NCBI RefSeq assembly: GCF_000012925.1
Contig: NC_007517.1
Location: 3,420,001-3,452,000, forward strand
Direction: 5' to 3'
Length of the DNA: 32,000 bases
Source: Geobacter metallireducens GS-15
GTDB lineage: Bacteria; Desulfobacterota; Desulfuromonadia; Geobacterales; Geobacteraceae
In this document: positions 26,349 through 32,000 of the stretch, piece after piece
Layout of the letters: every line of letters begins with the position of its first letter
How positions within the stretch are numbered: the first letter of the stretch is position 1
Notes under the pieces: model-generated
The model's database searches: none
What the model saw: the letters and a program-made list of their open reading frames with translations, nothing else
What the model was told of the DNA's origin: nothing
Translations under genes and position numbers: made by a program

Positions 26349-28667
26349 TTATTTCTTTTTCCCTATCTTTTTTGCTGGGGCGCCTTTACACAGATTCTCG
26401 TGAATGCTCGCACCGATTGAATTGGGAATAATATTGCTGTATTTTGTTTTTTCATCTTCATACGACCTGATAACGTTGCCGTTTTCAGCATAAATCAGTG
26501 AAATCGGCACTCTCAATTTTTGATTTGGGCAATCGACTTCAAACCTGCTCATAACATGTGACACATTTTTGTATTTTTCCTTTTCGTATTCGCTGATATC
26601 GATATCCTTGATATATTCTTCCTTGTCAGTTATTTCCCCGCGAATCCAGGCAACAGCAACTCCGTTCTTATTTTTTGTATATCCCTTCTTGTCGTAATAA
26701 TAATTTACATCGCTGCTTGCTGCCACTGGTACCCAATTAGCGCCACGCTTGATATCGGCAAATACAATTGGAATCATCTCGCATGATTCAGCGTGCTTCA
26801 TATCGCAAGCAGTTCGATAGTCGGTCAATGCTTCGGATTTCTTTCCGTCTTCGTAATAACAGTTTGCTCTCAGGTTGTAATTATATTCGGAATTTGGATT
26901 TAGCTTGATGCAAGTCGTATAGTCTGCAATAGCCTTCTTGTAATTTTTCAATTTGGCGTAATACTCCGCCCTGCCGTTATAAAATATCAAACGTTTAGGA
27001 TGTTGTTTGATGAGGTCAGTATATATCCTGACGGCATCATCATATTTCTTGGTCTTTTCCATTACACCGTCTATATAAAAATAACCAAAAGTGACGTTGT
27101 CGCTTACAGACAAACCTTTCGTATAATACTCAAGGGCTTTATCGTACTTGTTGTTTTCTTCATAATACGAACCATACAAATAGTGTGCATCTTCATTATT
27201 AGGGCTGATTGAAAGCGCTTTTTTAGCACAATCCAGAACCTTGCTAAAATCATTTTTTATCTTATGCTGCCACCCCTTTTCAACATAATAATCCGCTTTC
27301 TTCGGATTCAGCTGTATTGCTGTTTCATAGAGTTTTATTGCCTTGTCAGCATTGGCATAGTCGCAAAATAGTGAATCTGTGAAAATACGGGCCTGTGTTG
27401 CATAAAACACATCATTGCCTGGGTTTATGGCGATAGCCTTGTTCAGATCATCAACCGCGTTACGGCACGATTCTCTGTTCGATGCCACGATTTGCTGATA
27501 TTCATCTGATTTGCTATCTGCATACATTCTTCGCTGCAGATAGTAATTAGCTCTTTTCCCGTAATATTCAGCCTTCTTCGGGTTCAACTCGATTGCTTTG
27601 GAAATTTCCTCAATCGCTGCTGGAGTGTTATTCATAGAAGAATACTGCTCAGCATAATAAAGATGCTTCTCTTCGGGAGATTTAAATTCAACATTTCCCC
27701 GTTGGACAATCCGTATACCGGCTGCAAATGTTATCTTGTCGAAAGTCATGTTCATAGATTTTGAATTGAATCCAGTCATCGGAGGGCTGTCAGGAAATTC
27801 GATTATGTCACCGATGGAAATAGTGGTTTGCGTGACGGCAACCCATAATGGTGCACCATTCTCCTCAATTCTTATGTACGTGTAGCCACCACTGTCTGTC
27901 GCAAATAAGACCTTGCCCTTGTGAACAGCCCCTTCCGGTATCTGAACAACGTCCCGCTCGATATCCTCCGGGGTTACTGTCTCAAAGCCGGAAGGTGACT
28001 CTGCTCTCTTTTTAAGCCCCTTCACAGGGGGCGCTTTCTCCTGAGTGGGAAGATTAGTGACGTAGCTCGCTGGTATGGCAAAATTTAGGTTCTGGCCACC
28101 TGCCATAATCGAGGTGGCAACCCCTATCGCCTCCCCCTTGCTGTTCAGCACTGGACTGCCACTACTCCCCTGTGAGATGGGCGCTGAAATTTGCAGGAAA
28201 CCATCTTCCCCTCTGATGGCGCTGATAATACCATCAGTAACCGTTGTCTCCAGACCAAGGGGGTTCCCGATAACTACGACATCATCACCTTGAGTGGGCG
28301 TAATGTTCGATGTCAGCTTAATAAAAGGCAGGTTCTGTTCCTTAACTCGAACCAGGGCAACATCCTTAACCGCATCTGCAGCGATGACCTCAGTCGGCTC
28401 AAGGAAAGTGCCATCGGATTTTTTAACATACAGAATGCCAGTAGTACTCTTATTCCATGGCTCTATGACGTGGGCATTTGTAACAATGATACCGTTCTGG
28501 TCAATGATGAACCCACTGCCACCAGCGACTATCTTTTGTTTATCTTCAACGTAAATGGAAACGACTGCGGACTTCTTGGAAAGAACAACCTCGGGTATTC
28601 TGGCGATGGAAACATGAGGAACTGAAAAAAGAATTGCAATAATTAGAAGATTTGTAATTAACCGCAT
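26349..28667 (-). CDS. Secreted trypsin-like (S1/DegP-type) serine protease fused to a TPR array and an adhesin-E-like C-terminal domain
   Basis: The signal/anchor is MRLITNLLIIAILFSVPHVSIA. The start at 28667 is preferred because GGAGG lies 5 nt upstream; the ORF-track start is 28679. The triad contexts are TNAHV, KDVALV and GSSGSPV. A conserved-looking beta-rich insert covers aa ~250-325 (GYTYIRIEENGAPLWVAV). About 7 TPR-like repeats cover aa ~335-630, and a C-terminal ~120-aa W..V...Y.D...C...C module follows. Confidence 0.85.
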   Translation of the reverse strand: MRLITNLLIIAILFSVPHVSIARIPEVVLSKKSAVVSIYVEDKQKIVAGGSGFIIDQNGIIVTNAHVIEPWNKSTTGILYVKKSDGTFLEPTEVIAADAVKDVALVRVKEQNLPFIKLTSNITPTQGDDVVVIGNPLGLETTVTDGIISAIRGEDGFLQISAPISQGSSGSPVLNSKGEAIGVATSIMAGGQNLNFAIPASYVTNLPTQEKAPPVKGLKKRAESPSGFETVTPEDIERDVVQIPEGAVHKGKVLFATDSGGYTYIRIEENGAPLWVAVTQTTISIGDIIEFPDSPPMTGFNSKSMNMTFDKITFAAGIRIVQRGNVEFKSPEEKHLYYAEQYSSMNNTPAAIEEISKAIELNPKKAEYYGKRANYYLQRRMYADSKSDEYQQIVASNRESCRNAVDDLNKAIAINPGNDVFYATQARIFTDSLFCDYANADKAIKLYETAIQLNPKKADYYVEKGWQHKIKNDFSKVLDCAKKALSISPNNEDAHYLYGSYYEENNKYDKALEYYTKGLSVSDNVTFGYFYIDGVMEKTKKYDDAVRIYTDLIKQHPKRLIFYNGRAEYYAKLKNYKKAIADYTTCIKLNPNSEYNYNLRANCYYEDGKKSEALTDYRTACDMKHAESCEMIPIVFADIKRGANWVPVAASSDVNYYYDKKGYTKNKNGVAVAWIRGEITDKEEYIKDIDISEYEKEKYKNVSHVMSRFEVDCPNQKLRVPISLIYAENGNVIRSYEDEKTKYSNIIPNSIGASIHENLCKGAPAKKIGKKK

Positions 28668-28712
28668 AAAGCCCTCCATTTAAAGGCTGGATTTCATCGA
28701 CATTTCAATTTA

Positions 28713-29149
28713 TTAGCCTAACAACCATACAATCGTTAGCAACAAAATCAAGATGATGAACGAGCCGGCCAACAAAATGGTTCTTACGACCTCGAGTCCT
28801 GCACGCGTATCGAAAAATTCAATCGGTTTCGCACCTACTAATGCCAAAATCGAAGCTTTCAGCCACTCCGCCGCACCCTCAATACATCGGCTGCTTTAGC
28901 GAAGATTATCATCAGGCGAACAAGGTGATCTGTGAGATGAGGATTCAAGAGGCGATCAGCATCATAGCGCTGCAAGGAGCGCCAAGAAACAGGCAGCAAT
29001 CCACATAGCTCCTTTACAGGAATACCAAAAGCACGTGCCACAATATCTACGGAACATCGAGGAGGTCCCTTGCGCGTAATAACGACGAGTTCTCTCTAAT
29101 CAAAAATTTTCTTCCCTTCAAGAATCTTCTGAATCACTTGAATGCTCAT
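28713..29149 (-). pseudogene. Decayed Xre-HTH/DUF2384 (ParS/MbcA-type) antitoxin gene
   Basis: A GAGGAGGG RBS precedes the ATG at 29149 (MSIQVIQKILEGKKIFD). An in-frame TAG follows at 29098-29096. The same frame then continues with the family-typical RELVVITRKGPPRCSVDIVARAFGIPVKELCGLLPVSWRSLQRY...RLMIIFAKAADVL. A -1 frame change near 28880-28884 leads into AAEWLKASILALVGAKPIEFFDTRAGLEVVRTIL (the DUF2384 C-terminus). No RES or other toxin gene follows. Confidence 0.7.
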
Positions 29150-29163
29150 CGAACCCTCCTCGG

Positions 29164-29703
29164 TCAGCCCCCGCTTGTCTTGGTCCGTTTCCGGAATTCC
29201 CATGGGGGTTCAGGATCGGCATCTTGCCAGATCCCTCGTTTCTCACTGCGGGCGATGTCCTCGTCATCAAGGAAATATGCACTGAAACGGTCGAGGTACT
29301 TCCGGAATGCCCATGACCATCCCTCTCGAACCATTTCCCGATTGATATTCCGATCCCCCAACCAGACAAAGGAAACCGATCGTCGATACTTGTCGATGCC
29401 CATCACCTCAAGTCGTACCGACTTGTTCGAAACCTTGTCAGCAAGAGCATGAAACGCCTCTTCACCGAAAGGTTGTCCTGGCTTTGTAACCACACCGGTC
29501 TTTCTGTTGATTTTCTCAGTTTCAGGAGCATCGATACCATACAGTCGAACCTTGACCCTTGTTCCCTCGGAATCGATGGTGATCGTGTCGCCATCGACGA
29601 CCTTCACCACTTCCCCCTCGATGATCCGCAAGGGCTCCTTTGCCCATACCGGCAGAGAAATAAGGATTATCCATAACAGGACAACACCGCAAATTCGTTT
29701 CAT
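29164..29703 (-). CDS. Secreted thermonuclease (staphylococcal nuclease/SNase family)
   Basis: The signal peptide is MKRICGVVLLWIILISLPVWA. SNase motifs are visible: VVDGDTI...VRLYGIDAPE...GQPFGEEA...DKYRR...REMVREGWSWAF. The ATG at 29703 is preferred (GGAG 5 nt upstream) over the GTG at 29706. Confidence 0.88.
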   Translation of the reverse strand: MKRICGVVLLWIILISLPVWAKEPLRIIEGEVVKVVDGDTITIDSEGTRVKVRLYGIDAPETEKINRKTGVVTKPGQPFGEEAFHALADKVSNKSVRLEVMGIDKYRRSVSFVWLGDRNINREMVREGWSWAFRKYLDRFSAYFLDDEDIARSEKRGIWQDADPEPPWEFRKRTKTSGG

Positions 29704-29719
29704 CACGGCTCCACGAAGC

Positions 29720-30154
29720 TCAATTGTTCAAATCGACGTTCCAGTTCGACTTGTGACCATCGGAAATGATCAGGTGCGTAAACCCCATATCCCGGAGGTC
29801 TTTAATGATTTCCCCAGTTTCCGTGATTGTAGCAGCAAACGACCGGTCCACGCCAGGCCACTCGATACAAAAGGTTTTGCCACCATCCCCCTCTAAGTCA
29901 ACCTTCGATCCCTGAAATTTCTTCGAGAACTTCTCCTGAAAGTTCAGGCGAAATCGCTGGCGTTGCTCGCTAGACACTTCCTGGCCCCGGGGCGTGGTAT
30001 CGGACAGCCTTATTTCTGGCGAGGGTAGCTTCGCTGCCTTGCTTCGCATTCCGAATGTTATGGTCAGCAACGGGACAAGTATAGTAGCCAACAGCAGCAA
30101 CCGTTTGTTGCTCCCGCGTTGCGATAATCCCCCGTCTCTTTCTTCTGTCGACAT
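29720..30154 (-). CDS. Hypothetical single-pass membrane protein
   Basis: The 144-aa ORF has one TM helix (LLLLATILVPLLTITF) and sits tightly between the exonuclease and thermonuclease genes on the same strand. I recognise no family. Confidence 0.6.
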   Translation of the reverse strand: MSTEERDGGLSQRGSNKRLLLLATILVPLLTITFGMRSKAAKLPSPEIRLSDTTPRGQEVSSEQRQRFRLNFQEKFSKKFQGSKVDLEGDGGKTFCIEWPGVDRSFAATITETGEIIKDLRDMGFTHLIISDGHKSNWNVDLNN

Positions 30155-30168
30155 CTACCCCTCCCTGG

Positions 30169-30825
30169 TCAGCCTAAAGATCGCCCGCCCCTCGCACAGG
30201 CACAAGTTCGCCCTGCCGCCACCCGTTCAAGATAGGCCGGCACTGCCTTCTTCGCCACGCCGCCGAGGGAGTGCATGAGCTCAAAGGTGACCTGCCTGAG
30301 GCGATAGGTTTCCTTGAGTTCCCCGATCATCGCCGTCCAGAGCTGGGCGGTCATTTCCGCATCGGCGAGAGCCCGGTGGAAGACTCCGTCTGTCTGGAGG
30401 CTGAGGTGGCTGACCAGCGTCTCCAGGCGGTGGTTTGGGGCATTGGTGTAGATCCGGCGGGCAGCGAGCATTGAGCAGGCAAAGTCCCCGGTCCGTCTCC
30501 TGCCGATGCGGGAGAGTTCGGCGTCCAGGAAGCGGCGGTCGAAGCTCGCGTTGTGGGCAACCAGGTTGTGGCCGGCAATGAAGGAGGCAAACCGCTCCAT
30601 CACCTGCTCCGCAGGTGGGGCCTTGGCCAGCATCTCATTGGTGATGCCGGTGTATTCCTCGATGAAACCGCTCACCCTCTTGCCGGGATTCATGAGACTC
30701 TGGAATCTGTCAACAATCCGGTTGTTCCGGACCAGTACCGCACCGATCTCGATGGCCCGGTCGCCATAGCCAGGTGAGAGGCCAGTTGTCTCGAAGTCGA
30801 GGATGACGGCGGTAAACTTCCCCAT
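30169..30825 (-). CDS. DnaQ-like 3'-5' exonuclease (DEDDh, DNA polymerase III epsilon family)
   Basis: The three Exo motifs are visible: Exo [10 protein letters not shown], Exo [15 protein letters not shown] and Exo [16 protein letters not shown]. The ATG overlaps the stop of the upstream IHF-like frame (TGATG). Confidence 0.88.
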   Translation of the reverse strand: MGKFTAVILDFETTGLSPGYGDRAIEIGAVLVRNNRIVDRFQSLMNPGKRVSGFIEEYTGITNEMLAKAPPAEQVMERFASFIAGHNLVAHNASFDRRFLDAELSRIGRRRTGDFACSMLAARRIYTNAPNHRLETLVSHLSLQTDGVFHRALADAEMTAQLWTAMIGELKETYRLRQVTFELMHSLGGVAKKAVPAYLERVAAGRTCACARGGRSLG

Positions 30826-31105
30826 CAGGACTCCCCGTTGATGGAGTTCTTGAGGACCGCACTGGGCTTGAATGTCAGCACTCGCCGGGACTGGATGGTG
30901 AGCGCCTCGCCGGTCTGGGGATTGCGCCCCCGCCGGTCCGCTTTCCTTTTTACTTCGAAGTTGCCAAAACCGGTGATCTTTATCCTGTCTTCCCGCTCAA
31001 GGGTCTTCTTGATTTGCTCAAGGAGCACTTCGACCATCTCGTCCGCTTCTCTCCTTGAATAGCTCCCTTGGTGCTCACCAGTTCTGCAATCTCTTCTTTT
31101 GTCAT
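30825..31105 (-). pseudogene. IHF/HU-family DNA-bending protein gene with an apparent 1-nt frameshift
   Basis: The ATG at 31105 encodes MTKEEIAELVSTK in one frame. The rest ([62 protein letters not shown]) lies in another frame, and the switch is at the C/G run 31065-31067. This could be a sequencing error instead of a true pseudogene. Confidence 0.65.
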
Positions 31106-31227
31106 GGGGTTACGCTTCCTCCCATTGCTTATCGTTTTTTAATCGCGGGAATTTACCACAAATTCATCGGGCAGAGGAAGCTTTCTGCGCAACACACCAT
31201 TGGCGTAACCGGTTGCGCTGATAGGAT

Positions 31228-31388
31228 GTTAATCGGCATGGAACTTTGACCCACTTTGAGGGGTAATCGGCGTCCAAGAGTGACCCACCACTTAACAGGC
31301 TATCTTGTTGATATTGCGATTTTATTTATGTTGTTACCAGGGTCAACCTTGCTTGCCGATGGCGGGTCAATCCACGATGCCGATTAAC
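31228..31388. promoter_or_regulatory. Four copies of a bipartite ~25-bp motif (TAATCGGC-N9/10-TGACCC): two direct, then two inverted
   Basis: Copy A is 31228-31254 GTTAATCGGCATGGAACTTTGACCCAC and copy B is 31262-31288 GGTAATCGGCGTCCAAGAGTGACCCAC. Copy D is 31339-31362 (reverse complement CCATCGGCAAGCAAGGTTGACCCT) and copy C is 31364-31388 (reverse complement GTTAATCGGCATCGTGGATTGACCC). The array lies between the two divergent IHF/HU-like genes. Confidence 0.6.
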
Positions 31389-31421
31389 AATCCACTACCA
31401 ATTCATGGAGAGGTCCGGGAG

Positions 31422-31715
31422 ATGACGAAAGCCGATTTAGCCGACAAAATTCAGGAAAGGATCTCTTGCCAGAAGAAGGAAGCCGTTGAATTGGTGGAAC
31501 TCGTCATGGAATCGCTCAAGGATGCCATTGCGACCGAAGGACTTGTGAAGATCAGCGGTTTTGGAAATTTTGTCGTTCGGCAGAAGACGGATAGAGCCGG
31601 AAGGAACCCGCAGACCGGGGAGACAATTACCATTTCATCTCGGAAGGTTCTGACGTTCAAACCAAGCGTGATCTTGAAAAATCGGATAAATTCCAGCTTG
31701 ATGTCAAGTGACTGA
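31422..31715 (+). CDS. IHF/HU-family DNA-bending protein
   Basis: The start is placed at ATG 31422 (MTKADLADKIQ..., with GGGAG upstream). The family core is visible: [39 protein letters not shown]. The ORF-track N-terminal extension is non-homologous. Confidence 0.85.
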   Translation: MTKADLADKIQERISCQKKEAVELVELVMESLKDAIATEGLVKISGFGNFVVRQKTDRAGRNPQTGETITISSRKVLTFKPSVILKNRINSSLMSSD

Positions 31716-31720
31716 TAGCA

Positions 31721-32000
31721 TTAGTCTCGTTGAACAAAGAACGGGGAAAGGTTTATCATTGCTTCCCGTGCCTTCATAATATCAGTCCCAACCTTCCGTG
31801 AAAGAATTTCAACAAGGTCTTCTTGATTCGGTTGACCGAGTACCATCCTATAAAGAAGACGCTGCTGCTTCAACCATTCTAATCGCTGGTGTTCCTCGCT
31901 AAGAGGAACACTGAAGATCCATCTTCTTGATTGAGCACCATTGCAAACCCACCAGGGTGACATTCCTGATTTATCGCTGAGAGTATCGTGCGCAAGACGC
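31721..32000 (-). CDS. Hypothetical protein, 3' part (the frame stays open to the window edge)
   Basis: The reading frame containing the 80-aa ORF stays open upstream of its ATG through position 32000. The true start may therefore lie outside the window. I recognise no family. Confidence 0.35.
   Translation of the reverse strand, partial: RLAHDTLSDKSGMSPWWVCNGAQSRRWIFSVPLSEEHQRLEWLKQQRLLYRMVLGQPNQEDLVEILSRKVGTDIMKAREAMINLSPFFVQRD

Larger units (their letters stand above)
14270..32000 (+). mobile_element. Tn7-like transposon (tnsA-proximal end, core genes and cargo); the far end is not in the window
   Basis: The comM reading frame is broken at about 14270. A terminal TGT and a repeat array are followed by tnsA, tnsB, tnsC and tniQ. 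Composition downstream differs clearly from the backbone. No comM 5' fragment and no inverted copies of the end repeats occur before 32000, so the extent beyond 19.1 kb is inferred. Confidence 0.65.

Noticed and set aside
29826-29845. GATTGTAGCAGCAAAC resembles an inverted TnsB-repeat core (TTGTAGCAC).
   Set aside because: It is an isolated occurrence inside a well-packed coding region and is probably chance.
31311-31340. ATTGCGATTTTATTTATGTTGTTACC shares a 10-nt match (TTGCGATTTT) with the reverse complement of the TnsB-type repeat, so it was a possible left transposon end.
   Set aside because: It is only a single partial match. The GTAGCAC half is missing, there is no cluster of repeats, no terminal ACA followed by GTTCC, and no comM 5' fragment follows.

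Overview
The window splits into two parts. Positions 1-14.27 kb look like GC-rich chromosomal backbone of a delta-proteobacterium (Geobacter/Desulfuromonadales-like; the taxon is inferred from composition and gene content only). This part carries an RhlB-like DEAD-box helicase, a MacA/MacB-type tripartite efflux operon, a complete IS4-family insertion sequence with a 9-bp target duplication, a DUF362/4Fe-4S gene translationally coupled to a type-II NADH dehydrogenase, xerC, an RhlE-like helicase and an acetyl-CoA hydrolase/CoA-transferase. It ends in the 3' two-fifths of a comM/yifB (Mg-chelatase-like AAA+) gene. That gene is cut at about 14270 by one end of a Tn7-like transposon. The end has a terminal TGT and five copies of a ~22-bp putative TnsB-binding repeat, followed by tnsA-tnsB-tnsC(tniB-like)-tniQ with overlapping or abutting reading frames. 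The other transposon end and the 5' part of comM are not in the window, so 14.27-32 kb is read as transposon plus cargo. The cargo is a compositional mosaic. An AT-rich block (~19.1-28.7 kb) holds three large genes. The first is a 1790-aa DUF4011/Upf1-like SF1 helicase fused to a Vsr/DUF559-type PD-(D/E)xK nuclease (Hhe-like architecture) with unusual disordered extensions. The second, 12 bp downstream and co-oriented, is a 416-aa protein combining a YozE-SAM-like segment with a C-terminal T5orf172/MUG113 (GIY-YIG-like) domain. The third is a convergent 776-aa secreted trypsin-like protease with TPR repeats and an adhesin-E-like tail. The helicase-nuclease plus T5orf172 pair is my best candidate for a novel or poorly described defence module. 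Next comes a moderately GC-rich minus-strand gene string. It contains a decayed Xre/DUF2384 antitoxin (in-frame amber plus frameshift, no toxin partner), a secreted thermonuclease, a small membrane protein, a DnaQ-like exonuclease and a frameshifted IHF/HU-like gene. That string is followed by a 160-bp intergenic region with four copies of a bipartite ~25-bp motif and a second, intact IHF/HU-like gene. No rRNA, tRNA or CRISPR array was seen. All family assignments rest on motifs read by eye from the translations; no database search was possible.
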